Origin: Haliotis rubra
Lineage: Eukaryota
DNA: 64,000 nt
Direction of reading: 5' to 3'
Assembly: GCF_003918875.1 (NCBI RefSeq)
Contig: NW_025767209.1
Location: 186,001 to 250,000 of the forward strand
Numbering within the stretch: the stretch's first letter is position 1; every line of letters begins with the position of its first letter. The notes beneath the pieces are model-generated. The model was not told the DNA's origin, did no database searches, and saw only the letters and a program-made list of their open reading frames with translations. Position numbers and translations under genes: made by a program. Positions 50,053-63,280 of the stretch are shown one piece after another.

Positions 50053-51356
50053 ACCTGCGTCTGCAGACACTAGTTCTGCTGTCTGCTCGGGGAAGAAGGA
50101 AACGTGACTCTTTGGTGAGAACTCTTCTCTACTCAGTTACTTCCCTTTGTCATTGTTGTCTGCTCCACTGGAGATAACAACGTCGATGTCAACATTGGTA
50201 GCCGGGATGGACATCTTGCACTGACGCCATACACGTTTAGACGTCATCAATGTGAACATTGCTGACAAGTTTTCTCGAATATGGCATGCTTCTTGGGATC
50301 CATCTTACAGGACTTGGGTGGTCGTCGTGCAATGATGTAACTCAAATTGTTTCCTTGTATACTTGACTCCATGACATGAAGAATAGACATGGTTCGCACT
50401 TGGATACAGATTAGACAGTTATGCTTCTTATCTACTCCATGAAGCATTGTGAAAACAGATGTCCGACTTCTTGAGTTGCCTATACAAAATGCACAGTTAA
50501 GTCTCGCCATACTCACACAAGCTAGTGAGTCACATTAAATACGCGTTTCTGTTCAGATACACCACTGACTATATTTTTGTAATATTGTGATGTGCACCTG
50601 TCATTGCCATTACATGGTTTCTCTGAAGGTCATGCATGTGCATGTGAACTGTTTGTCTTCGTTCTTTTACAACTGGGGCGGTGTGGTAGCCCAGTGGTTA
50701 AAGCGTTCACTCGGTGGATAAAGTGTCTCAAGCCTATTTCTCGCGTTTCCCGCCGTGATATTGCTGCAATATTTCTAACGGCGGCGTAAAACCCAACTCA
50801 GTAACTAACTTACTCTTCTTCAGCTGATCAAATTAGTTTAATTTTACATGGGTTGGGGCGGGTACCACCGTTGGAGCAGGATATGCTCACCTTTTTACGA
50901 ACACCTGGTGTCCCCACTATTTGATTCAGAAATATATGCTCGTGATATATGCGGATGTGTTCAACTGCGTGCAATCAAAGTTTGTTCGAATAAAGAAACT
51001 GTTTTGCCATATTTGTAAAAATTATGTCATGAAAGAAGAAGGACACGTTTCACGCGCGATACGTGACATCAAATTTCATGCAAAGTGCTTAGCTACGTGT
51101 TAATTTAGAGTTAGTTTTCATTACTTTTCAAATAACTTTATCTCATGCAATTTTATGTGATGCACAGTTACTTTTTTCCGTTAGTTTATATTACATTTAT
51201 TGCGTGCTGCTTTTTTTAGAGAACAGAATGAATGTTATAAAACGTAAAAGCGTTCCCTCCTCACGCCGAAGACCCGGGTTTGATTCCCCACATACAACGT
51301 ATGAAGCCCATTTCCGGTGTCCCCCGCAGTGATATTGCTCGAATATTGCTATTAAA

Positions 51357-53525
51357 CCAAAGTCACTCACTCTTTCCGGTTTACCACTTTCACATGGCTT
51401 CCTCATACAATCAGCAGTGAATAAAACAATATGTGCAAATTTGCTAACAGCGAGATTCAAATCAGGATATATGAGCATTGACAAATCTGTGAGTAACTGA
51501 CATGACTTAGATAATTGGTTTAGGAATGTTTCAGACATGAAGCAGTTCCATCTATATGTATACCTCTTGGGTTTGTTAGAGTCAGAAGGAATCTTGTCAT
51601 TATCAGCTGATTTCATAAAATGAAGACAAACTGGCATATGTTTCGATTCTACTCTGGAATAACTGGTGCATATTGACAGAAGCAATAAAATAATCTACAA
51701 CACTGCAACCTTGCTGAGTTATATATGTAAAGTTACCGTAACTATCTCCAGTTGCTCTCCCGTTGAAAGTGTATACATTATGGGTAAAACACAGGTCAAG
51801 CAACCGCTCACCAAATTTATATTGGTGGTCTTGTCACATGACTGCCTATTGTCTATATGCGGACAGTCTGTTCTTCAGGAAAGGCCGCTGTGTCTAGTCA
51901 AGGTTTATGCAGTGTCTCTGGCCGGTTGTTGCACTCGCCTACACGTGTGTTCAAGTCTCCACATATCAACACATCACAGAAGAGATCAGTGTTGTCGCTC
52001 AGACAGTGGTCCAGCTAATCTATAGCTGTGGTTTTCTTAGCTGTAATATAAAATGTGGAGCCAACCCGATGGAGTATACATTCAAAATAAAAATACATCT
52101 TTATCGTTGTTTAGAATAAATTTGTCTATCTTTAGGCAAGGGCATTATGTATACTGGTCTCTATTTGTTGACAGTAGTCTGCAATTGAGTTGTGCACAAG
52201 CAGTATAACTCCACCCGAGACTCTACCAGCCTTGGCAATCTTATAAGCTTTTGCTAGTATATCTCATACGCATTTAGTTGGGTAAGTGCTCTAACCTTAT
52301 CTAGTTTGAAAGGGATTCGATAAAATCAGTGTCATCGATTTTGGATATAGATCCTTCGATGTTCTGTGCGTGACATATGGACCAGGCCCTAGCTGCCATC
52401 CTCCATAGCAGAGCTGCACCCGGGGTTGGGCGTTGACTCCGCGGCTAACTGCTGTCTCCCGGGGGTTGGGGTTGATGTGGACCCCGGGGTCAGACCTGTA
52501 GAGGCGCCGTGTGGGGAGATGACGTCAGTGTCTGTGCTTTGTTCAGAGCAGGACCTCTAGACACATAATCTTCGTCATGTTTATTTCTTTAATAGGCCAA
52601 CAGCCAACATGAAAAATACATTATACATACTTTCAAAAGCGCGTTGCCAACATTTGCCTCACCACTCAACCCCCTTACAAAGACCTTTCGTGACAAAAGA
52701 TAGCACTAAAAAGAAGATAAACATTCATGGATAATTCAGATTATAGTTTTACTTTACCTGAAATATATGATAAACGAATTTGGCTAAGTTGAAGGTTAAT
52801 ACTTCAACTTTGGTTTGTAAAAGATTTATAAACTTCATCATGTTTGGAGACTTGTATACGTCCAGAGGTAAGTGGCGACGCCTACACAGGCTTGGCTTAA
52901 AGGAATCTGAAAGATGTTTCGCTGCCTTGCACTGAGAGGGATGATTTGTCTTGTTTCCAGTCTACCGTTCTTGTAGGCACCGAGTCCTTTACTGCGAAGG
53001 TCAGCCAGAGTGTCTCTCTGTGAGATCGTTAGCTACGCCTATCCCGCTACTTCTCAACGTGTCTCTCTGTTAGATCGTTAGCCACGCCTATCTCACTACT
53101 TCTCAACGTGTCTCGATGTTGAGTACTGAGGTCTTCTCATCAGTGAGATTAAACTTGGCTATAAGTGGGCGTGGTTTATCGGGTCTGGAGTTTGTACCTA
53201 TACCATGCGCCCTTAAAGTACCGCCTCTATTCCACTCCTTAATGTTCACATGTTGATTCAAAACTGAGACGATGTAATCCTCACACGACTCAAACGATTC
53301 ATTCTGTTGTTCAGGTAGACCATAGAAGTCTCGTGAACGCCTCTAGTCTATCTGTCTCTGACCCGGGAGCTGACACTATTTTGTCTACATTAACGGTAAC
53401 TTGCTCAAGCCTGATTCTATCGACTTCATTACGCATATCGCTGGACGTTTCTAATGTGGTGCAGTTTGGTAACACGAGCAGCAGTTTCGCTCGCGCAGAT
53501 TGTATAGGATACACTTCACTGTAGA
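51357..53525 (-). mobile_element. Decayed LINE ORF1 plus endonuclease segment, copy 2 (paralogue of 22488-24860)
   Basis: Collinear, highly similar sequence throughout (GDSYGNFTY..QGCSVVDYFI, ESKHMP, the GC-rich block, VSAPGSE.DRL). Confidence 0.85.
52566..52888 (-). mobile_element. 3' end of another LINE inserted into copy 2
   Basis: Absent from copy 1. Encodes RHLPLDVYKSPNMMKFINLLQ...NLAKFVY* followed by a UTR with AATAAA, and is flanked by a short ACACA duplication. Confidence 0.7.
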
Positions 53526-54782
53526 TGTATAATTAAAGTACTTGTTATGTACTTCAGTATAGACGTCAGCTGTTATTGTGAAACTTTAGGTGACCGATAT
53601 CATCGATAGATATTTCTACATCACAGAACATTTCATTGAACATTTCATTCCGGGTTAAAGAATCCTGGTTGAAGATCCGGGTTAGAATTGATCCTCAGTA
53701 GCCCGTGTATGTCGTAAGAGGCGACTAAATGGCTAGCTATTCTCGAAACTTCTTAAGCCCATTCTAAACACACTGGCTACGATCAAAGTTAAGAATTCTT
53801 AGGGCTACGAACGTTTCGAGAATAGTGATCCAAATGTAAAACTCATACACAGCCATCATACACAGCCATTCACAACCTCCTCCAGCCTGTATGAACTAAT
53901 AGTGATATCGAGTGATCCGTAGTTAAATACGCATGTATCTGGGCAAATGTGTGCAGTTACATTAGGATTTGCACACTCCGGCACAGCGATGACTTAACAT
54001 AACATCACTGCCACAGGCTAATTTGCATATCACGTGACCGGACTTGTCTCTTGTTTGTAATCAAACGCGCATATTCATAATCAGAAGAGACTGGACTCAC
54101 GACAGCTTTTCGGCGCTCTCTTCATAATGTTTTACATTGTTACATACATATTCTTCCACAACTGCGACAGTAAGGTCTATGACAGTACATATTTAGATAT
54201 CCAACTGGCTGCATCGTTTGCTCTCCATCAGCTTCGATGACAGCACGTGGAGCCGTACAGTACAACCTATGTAAACAAAGGATTGCCACGCAAATCGAAA
54301 TAGTGTTACATGTTTTAGGATATTTTCTCAGTGAAACTAAACCATTCTACCAAAGATGTTTAGTTAGATGTGTAGACTCGTCAAAAATAAAAGAGTAAAA
54401 GAAATCTGTACATTATATTAAATGGACATTGCAAGATGTGACGAATCGTCACATTTGTCTGGCCTGTGGCAGACGTACTATGCTGGCTTGCCGCATGGAA
54501 CTCTGGGTAGGAGAGTGTAGGATTTGGTAAATGATCACACTATTCTCGAATCCAGGAAACTGTATAAACTATCATAAGAAAAATGTGCTGATGAGATCAA
54601 AAGTAAAGATATACTGATTATGAGGAACACCAAAATCCCAGGCGAGAATTATATCCATTTACAGCAAATTGGTGATGTCAGTTCCTTTTGCTGAGAACAA
54701 AATTATCAGACACATTTTACTGGTCTTATACCAGGTGATCTGCAACCATCCGCTCATTCTCCTGCACAGGCTCAAACTGTGT

Positions 54783-54879
54783 CTATGATGGGTCACGTGG
54801 AGGTAATTTAGTGAAACGGGATACAAATCCCATTATCAGGCAGTCACTGGCAACATTTACTGTGGTGCCAAAACGATTC
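54783..54879 (-). pseudogene. Tandem duplicate of the SLC1A terminal exon ([31 protein letters not shown])
   Basis: Has its own acceptor ttttccag| at 54880. A GAG->TAG change gives an earlier stop, and the 3' UTR is duplicated too (~54590-54880 vs ~54960-55250). Confidence 0.8.
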
Positions 54880-55093
54880 CTGGAAAAGTAATTAAAAAGC
54901 TGTACAACAAACATAATTTGTTGAAAACAGTTAGGAGGAAAGACGTTGCTTACCGGTATTCTATATTGGGGATCTGATTAAGAGGAAGAACAAAAAATCC
55001 CGGGAAAGAATTGTATCAGTTTATTGCACATTCGTGATGTCAGTTACTTTTGCTGAGAACAAAATGTTGATTATCAGACACATTTTACTGGTC

Positions 55094-58000
55094 TTATACC
55101 AGGTGATCTGCGACCATCCGGTCTTCCTCCTGCACAGGCTCAAACTGTGTCTCTGATGGGTCACGTGGAGGTAATTTGGTGAAACGGGAGACAACTCCCA
55201 TTACCAAGCAATCACTGGCCACGTTCACTGCCGTGCCGAAACGATCCCTGAAAGATAATGATAATCAATAACAGATATGTTATGTTTTAACTCAGAGCTC
55301 GTCTTGTCATAATTGAGCATGTTTTATATAATTGTATTAATCTAGTTGTCTTTTTCAAAAACGTTTTTTCTGGAGAAAATCAGCAACAAAAAATCACAAA
55401 GTCTACAAGGGTTAATCATGAAACAAATGCTTGTGACATTTCGTAACAGAGAATATATGTTCTCATTAGGACTAGCGTTTTCTCGTTATTTCAGTAGTCA
55501 AATGTTCTCGTCACTATATGGCTGCAATATTGCCGATGTGACGTTATATAAAAACTCACTCACTCACTCGTTATTTCAGTAGAACAATTTATGTAAACTT
55601 ACAACAACCAGTTAACTGAGACCAACAATGAGGTGCCTCCAACTGGGAGACCAATCGACCGGAGGACAAGAAGCAGCATGGCCAGATCAGACCCAGGTAT
55701 GCTGGCGGTTCCTATACTGCTCAGGAAAGCTGTCAAACTTAAAAACATTAAAACATTTTGTGACTCTTTAGATAGATGATGGTACAAATGATTCATTCAT
55801 TGTTTTACATACATTTACCAAATTGACATCACCAAGAGCTGTTTTATGGCCTTAAACACCTTAACACCAAGAGCAGTTTTATGGCCTTATACACCTAAGT
55901 AGACTTCAGGATTATTTGGAATGGAGAAGAACTCGACAGGAAACAGAGGTCAAACAGTATACACTAACCTTACGTTTAACTTTAGTTCTAGTGACAATAT
56001 CTGTTTAACTTTAGTTCTAGTGACAATATACGTTTAACTTTAGTTCTAGTGACCATATACGTTTAACTTTAGTTCTAGTGACCATATACGTTTATCTTTA
56101 GTTCTAGTGACAATATACGATTAACTTTAGTTCTAGTGACAATATACATTTAACTTTAGTTCTAGTGACAATATACGTTTAGCTTTAGTTCTAGTGACAA
56201 TATACGTTTAACTTTAGTTCTATTGACAACATACGCTTAACTTTAGTTGTAGTGACAATACACGATTAACTTTAGTTCTAGTGACAATATACGATTAACT
56301 TTAGTTCTAGTGACAATATACATTTAACTTTAGTTCTAGTGACAATATACGTTTAACTTTAGTTCTAGTGACAATATACGTTTAACCTTTAGTTCTAGTG
56401 ACAATATACGTTTAACTTTAGTTCTAGTGACCATATACGTTCAACTTTAGTTCTAGTGAAAATATACGTTTAACTTTAGCTCTAGTGACCATATACGATT
56501 AACTTTTGTTCTAGTGACCATATGCGTTTAACTTTAGTTTTAGTGACAATATACGTTTAACTTTAGTTTTAGTGACAATATACGTTTAACTTTAGTTCTA
56601 GTGACAATATACGTTTAACTTTAGTTCTAGTGACAATATACATTTAACTTTTGTTCTAGTGACAATATACGATTAACTTTAGTTCTAGTGACAATATACG
56701 TTTAACTTTAGTTCTAGTGACAATATACGTTTAACCTTTAGTTGTAGTGACAATATACGTTTAACTTTAGGTCTAGTGACAATATACGTTTAACTTTAGT
56801 TCTAGTGACAATATACGTTTAACTTTAGCTCCAGTGACCATATACGATTAACTTTAGTTCTAGTGACCATATACGTTTAACTTTAGTTTTAGTGACAATA
56901 TACGTTTAACTTTAGTTTTAGTGACAATATACGTTTAACTTTAGTTCTAGTGACAATATACGTTTAACTTTAGTTCTAGTGACAATATACGTTTAACTTT
57001 AGTTCTAGTGACCATGAAATGGTCTGAAAGATTGAGCACGGATGAATTAAGCAGAGATTGCCTTCGGTTGTGGATTAGGGTTTTGTCAATCTAATGCAGA
57101 CGTAAGCCAAATGTGTTGCTGCAGAAAGTTATATCCTCTCACTCTCCCTCTCTAACCATGTTATGAAGAAGTCTCCAAATGACAGGGTTATTCCATTGTA
57201 CTGAGCTGTGAACACAACGCCGACGACGGCATACACAGCTCCACCATCCATGTTTACAGTTGCACCCACTGGGAGGATGACCCTTGAGATCCTCTTGTCC
57301 ATGTGCAGCCTCTCCTCAACACACCGCATTGTCACAGGTAGAGTAGCAGCACTACAAGCAAACACACAGTTGAATGCACAAACTTATCAACTGTTTGGGC
57401 ACACCACAAGTATATTTCTGGAGCTGTTCGATAGGCATTCCGTGGATGTTGAAAGATGACAATTGGGACACTTTGTGGGGATAACATTTATGTATCACAG
57501 AATATGTTGATATTAACATTGTGACAGGCAGAGTAGCAGCACTAGAAACAAACATTGTAAGGAGATGCACAAACTCAGATCCAGTTTATAGACATATCAA
57601 CCGCTTGGGCACACGACACGTAGGTGGAAAAGTATATTGTTTTAGCTGTTCGATGGCATTCCGTGGATATTGAAAGATGACGATGTGGACACTTTTTTGA
57701 GGATAACAATTTCCTTTATATATCACAGTAGACTATGTTGATATTAACAGAAATGAGATTTTTAAATACACAATTTATTTATTGCAAGGGATGCGACGTT
57801 TTGTTGTAGATGCTGACACCGTTATCAAGCAAGTGCTAGCATCTACACCGAAAACGTCGCATCCATTGCAAGAAAGAAGTTGTCTATCCAGAAATATTCG
57901 TTTCTGTTCATCATACCAGCTTCTAAATGCCACTCAAAGAAGTTGTGTTAAGATTGGATGCTTATAACGAACTGCCGGTTGAAAAGAACTCGTTTTTCCC

Positions 58001-61000
58001 TGGCCACAATATATGTGTTGTATTCATTATGTGTATAACGAGCTACCATCGGTGTCCCGATGAGTACGTTGTGACCGTGTTTTACAGTATTTCGGTATAG
58101 ATCCAATGGAGACAAAGTGTGGTACAGAACTATGTATGGTAGTTCAATCATGTAAGAAGTCTTAAATAGATTGTTGTCCTAAAGGGTTTATACAAGCAAA
58201 CACCGCAAGGTGATCCAGATTAAAGACGTTTCATCCGCTTTGAGCCACATCAAGTATGTTGACACATGCCCGATTACATATTTTAAGTTGTTCTGTGGGC
58301 ATTCCGTAGAAGTTAAAGTATGACGATGCGGGCACTTTTCTAGGGTTAACATTATACATTGCATTGTTTATATCAGACGCTTATGACGAACTGACTGATG
58401 AAACGAAATGTTTGAGGTTTTTTGTTTGTTTGTTTTTTCCTGACCATTGCTTTATGTTTTAGTCATATTGTGTATAACAAACAATAGTTAGAACAAACTA
58501 AACTTAGTGGTCCTCTTTAGATTGTTTCAACCGTAGTTTAATCTATGTTGGTACAGACTGGGCAAACTGAGTGTGGTAGGTGAACCCCACATAGCATTCG
58601 GACGTTGGCCCAACGTCTGAATGCTATCTGGGACCATGTAAGAAAGTATTAAATACATTTTTGTCCCTTAAGTGTTTAGACTTTGACGATTTCTCACTTT
58701 CTAACAGTGGAAAGGTGGTTGTTCTCTTTCCTTACCTTACCCCTAGTTGCTTGATGTGAATATTTCTAACTCTTATCGAGTGTTAGTTTATATGTTTGGT
58801 CAACACACTGATGTGTACGCGGTGGGGAAGCCGAGTGGTCAAAGCATGTCACCCCGAAGTCAGCACTACTGCTGAAAGCGGCGTAAAACTACACTCCCTC
58901 ACTCTCTTACTCTAGTGCTATTTTCTTTGAAAGTGTATACATCGTATAATGTTTGTATTAACATTACCTTCTGTCAGAAAATAAGGAATTATTTCTGATA
59001 ACAGGTGTTTCCCAGTTTCCCAGCTTACTATATTTATCATGAATTTTCTTCTCTATGCTGCGTGTAATTGGTCATATTCATAATGGGGATACACAATACA
59101 TGTATTTCTCATCAAGTGGCAAAGACTGCGTGAGTTTAGTTTTACGCCGCTTTTAGCAATATTCCAGCAATATCAGGGCGGGGGACACCAGAAATCACTG
59201 GGCTTCACACAGTGTACCCATGTGGGGAATCGAACCCGGGTCTTCAGCGTGACGAGTGAACGCTCAAACCACTAGGTTACCCATCGCCTCAAGTGGCAAA
59301 ATGATATCTCGATGTGAAACTCTGGCGTGAATAATAATTCTATCAAAATTTTAAGAGCTAGGAAATGTTAACCTAGAGCTTGTGGCAAAGGCTGTGAGCA
59401 GAGCAGGCAGTGATCGGAGGTATATCACATATGGGTTCTGGCTGGTCAGGATGAAGTACATGGCGGGAAGGACCACCACACTGTGGACTGCGAGTCCGCA
59501 CAACACTGAAGCCACGTAGACCGCAACTGTCTGTCCAGTCTCCATAATGTCAGCTGTGGACATTATCTGGCCCATGATGAGGGACATTACTCCAAGTGGA
59601 GAGTACCTTAGAACAATGCAGCAGATGGTAAATCCAAGGTACTGATTCCGTCATGGCATTAAACAAATCAAAGCAACAAAAACAACGCATATCCTTGGTA
59701 CAATAATAATTTCCGACCGAACTGTCAGGAATCGATTGCGTGAGTGGGGATTGGATCAAGAAGGCCTGTTGTCAACCCTATTTTGAGATCGTTTGCGGTG
59801 GTGTCGTAGAGTCCGGAACTGGAACCTTAGAAACTACAGACCCCTACCAATCCTGTCAAGAATTCCAAAGTCATCAAGTAATCACTGCATATATGGAAAA
59901 TGTTTTTGAATTATTAATCGCTGTGTTGGAGCGGATATCTTACCGCCATGTTCATATATGTTTTGTACGTAGGCCATTGATCTTTTACTTCAATTATTGA
60001 ACGGTTCACAGCCTAAACCCAACTCACCACATGACAAGTTTGATCATGCAGATGGTGACGGTGTTGATCTGTGAGAAGAACTGTATCAGTGCAGCTCCAC
60101 GCTGACCAAGTTTATTGAGAGTCACACCAAACACAATGCAGTAGGTGAGTACACCTGTCAGAAGAGAATCGTGAGTCAGCGAATGTCGAATAACTCTACA
60201 GTCATCAGTGTGACGCTAGCATCACAATAAATCAAAATACTAAACCATATTGTAAGGTTATTGAATGTCGATAGGCACGGTAAACAAAAAGCATCATTTG
60301 ATATCGTTTGGTATGAAGCATCAGGACACTTCTCGTGAGTTTAGCCATTTTCTTGACAACAAAAAAATTTAGGAAGACAGTAAGATTTGAGGCCCGATTA
60401 ATTTAGTTCCAGTCGATATACAGACAGTGAACGTATCTAACAGCATTTCTAAGTGAATGAACTTTTGTTTATGACATGTTGTCATGAACAAGCATTCCTC
60501 GCCTATTATAGACGCAACCCAAACACCTTTCTGGTGCATACAGTTGGCACGCGTACCTATGACGTTTTCACCATCAACCAAAACTGTCCTCTTTGTCGAA
60601 TTAGGATGGTGAATGTTGTTTACTTCCATGGAACCATTTATCCTTTCATCAGCACTGGAGTTGACGCCGTGCACTCCTTCATCTTCCGCGGCTACCGACA
60701 CAGTGGTTGAATGCTGAACTGTTGCTGCGACAATGTTGTCAGGTATTAAGTTCCTGGATAATAGAAGATTTTATCACATGGACGACTGGAGTACTTGATT
60801 CAGATGACATTCAGTTTGAAGAATAAGTTTGTACATGGAAGGCTAAAAGTATGGCAAGACAGAATGTATTCCTGGATAAAAGAACTAGTTTACTATGTAG
60901 CTATAGGCGAATGAATATGTTATGCAAATAGGAAGACAAACAACCTGTCAAAAGACCCCCTTGCAGTCAAATAATACCACCCGACAAACAACAGGTATGA

Positions 61001-62777
61001 TAAACTAAACATTCTTTTCTGCTATGTTTAATCGCATTTAATAATGGGCCAATAATTTAATAATGGAAAATAAAACATTTGTTAATCATATGAAGGATGG
61101 ATTACTTGTTTGGATGAAAGGGAAAAGTTTGAACATGGAAGTAAAAATAAGGACAGTTCAAGTTTACCATGTGGACGAAAGGAGTGCTAGATTCACTTAG
61201 CATTGAATTTGTTAAAAGTTATGCAAAAGGGTAGACAAAGGAGACGCTTAAGACACTCTCTCAAAAAGTCAAAGGATACTATTTGTCAAACAGCATATGT
61301 GATAAACAGTTACGGCGCTTTTTTACATTATTCCTGTCAATTTTAATCGAGTTTTTGTGCCATGTTTAATCGTGTACTTATGTTGCATCAAACGGGCCAG
61401 TGATTAAGTAATACTACAGGTGTTAAAACGAATATTTACTTGTGCACGGATTATCTATTGCAACGTTTACCACTTGTCTTACCGGAACAAATCTAGTATG
61501 GAATCCATTCCGGACACAATGCCACTATTTTGTGAAACATAGGTTGCTGTCGAGTCTGTGTATGACCCAGGTTTGATGATCACGACCACCGCTAAGCCAA
61601 CAAGTGTTGCCAGAATAGAGGTACTTGCATAGCAAACCATGGACAGTGCCCCTATCTTGCCTGCAGAAGATCCACTACCACTGCTTAGACCTGAGCATTG
61701 TAAAACACATTTCAAAGAATTCGTTACTTGAAAAGTACAGTTATTATTTAGAGTTTCTGCATTATCCGCATACCACCTCCTTATGGTGATACATGTTGAG
61801 ATTTATTGGTGAAATGACATCGAGTGGTTGAAATATTAAAATAAGATTTATAGTCATCGCCGTGCTTTTTTTCGGCCATATAGCGACGAGACCACCTTTA
61901 TACATGCACACAAGTTCATCATTAATTCAAGTCACCTTTAAAACAAACGCATAATGAATATTATCGCTTGGCATTATTATTCAAAATAGTTAATGAAACG
62001 GGCTGTTAACCTGACACAAACCAGGCTGGTCCACATCCCTGCGTAACATGAGGACTTACACTAATAGTCCTAGGTCAAATGTTCGAAAAGTCCCTATCTT
62101 TTAGGATCTCTCAGCAGCAGTAAAAGCGTTATCCAGTAATGGTATGACAACTCCCACCCTCCAGAGATTCTTGTCAATGTGGAACTAGACACAGAATGTA
62201 TCAGGTTGCTGAAAACAAACAAGGTTTACCCCACTGTTGAAACAGTGTCCACATGTTCATAGACCAACTTCATGAGTATTAACCGCATGGTTTAATGAAC
62301 GGTGACAAGCACTGGTGTTCAACATGATCAAGATATGCAGGTGTATCATATTACCTGGTGTATCATGTTACCTGATAATGATGTTATCTCTACATTTGGC
62401 CTAGGAGTACTAATTTTCCTTTTTGCATGATACCGCAGGACGATTTACGTCATCACTTTAGCCCCTGGCGGCTGGTTGCAATACTGGCCAAGAAGATTCG
62501 ACGTAACACATTGGCTGATAATACTAATATTGATTGTAAGCATTACGTCTTAGGTGAAATCCTTAATGTTACCTGTTATGATGCTGGATATTATCAGAGG
62601 AAGCATCAACATTCTCAGCATTCTAAGGTAGAGCTCCCCTGGAAACTGTGCAAGCTGAACAGTGTCTGAAGATGGCTCGAATAGCCGACACACCATCCCG
62701 GCAATAATTCCAAAGATGATTGCCAACATGGTGACAATGAGAAGGAGATTCTGTTGGAGGAACTGAAGCACCTTCAT
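55094..62777 (-). CDS. SLC1A: SLC1A-family (EAAT/ASCT-like) Na+-coupled amino acid transporter, 484 aa, 8 exons: 62777-62573, 61690-61483, 60753-60557, 60154-60028, 59606-59373, 57351-57157, 55737-55603, 55247-55094
   Basis: All introns are GT-AG with matching phases, giving a 1455-nt open frame. Motifs [51 protein letters not shown] (HP1), GATVNMDG (TM7) and [12 protein letters not shown] (TM8). The ATG sits directly after an acceptor, so an upstream exon probably exists. Confidence 0.93.
55971..57013. repeat. 29-bp minisatellite (TACGTTTAACTTTAGTTCTAGTGACAATA)n, about 36 copies, in an SLC1A intron
   Basis: Homogeneous tandem units are directly visible. Confidence 0.96.
59128..59290 (-). 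mobile_element. Near full-length tRNA-derived SINE family A
   Basis: Reverse complement reads gggtaacctagtggtttgagcgttcactcgtcacgctgaagacccgggttcgattccccacatggg...gctggaatattgctaaaagcggcgtaaaactaaactcac. Flanked by a duplicated TCAAGTGGCAAAA. Confidence 0.88.
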
Positions 62778-63074
62778 CTACAGAAAGGAAAAGAAGTCTG
62801 GACGCGGAGAAACTGGAGTACTGATAACCTATCATGCACAGTTATCTTGTCTATTCACATATTTCTTTTGAGTCTGATATTTGTGATTCAATAATAAGAT
62901 TGTATCTGACTGGATTGTGGACAATGAACAGTAACAAAACAACTGACACAACAATTCATGCAAGTTTAACTGCATTCAGTTTAAAGTTGTATCACACTTA
63001 AAATATTGTTTGTTCCATATTAATATAGAATGCATCGAAACGAGTATGTCGTGCTCATTCTGTCCCAACGAGTA

Positions 63075-63280
63075 AACCTTTCGGGTTAAAATTGGACTTC
63101 AGCAACCAGTGATTGTCTTAAGAGGTGACTATTGGGATCAGACTCGCTGACTTCGTTGACACCTGTCATGGTATCCAAATGCTTCGATCAGCGTTCTAGA
63201 TTGTCCCGTTAAGACGTAATAATTTACAGATGTTATGAGGCGTGAAGTTGCTGAGTACGACGTTAAGAAAACAACAAAAC
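63075..63280 (+). mobile_element. Degenerate SINE family B
   Basis: aattggacttcagcaacc...gtcttaagaggtgacta...ctcgctgact...gacacctgtcat. Confidence 0.65.

Noticed and set aside
50247-50516. TIR-domain or helicase C-terminal similarity in ORF MSMARLNCAFCIGNSRS...
   Set aside because: Only a few residues match and the diagnostic motifs are absent.
59128-59290. tRNA gene (A/B boxes, GGTTCGATTCCC)
   Set aside because: It continues into a conserved SINE body and tail, has a TSD, and has many degenerate copies in the window. It is a SINE head, not a tRNA.
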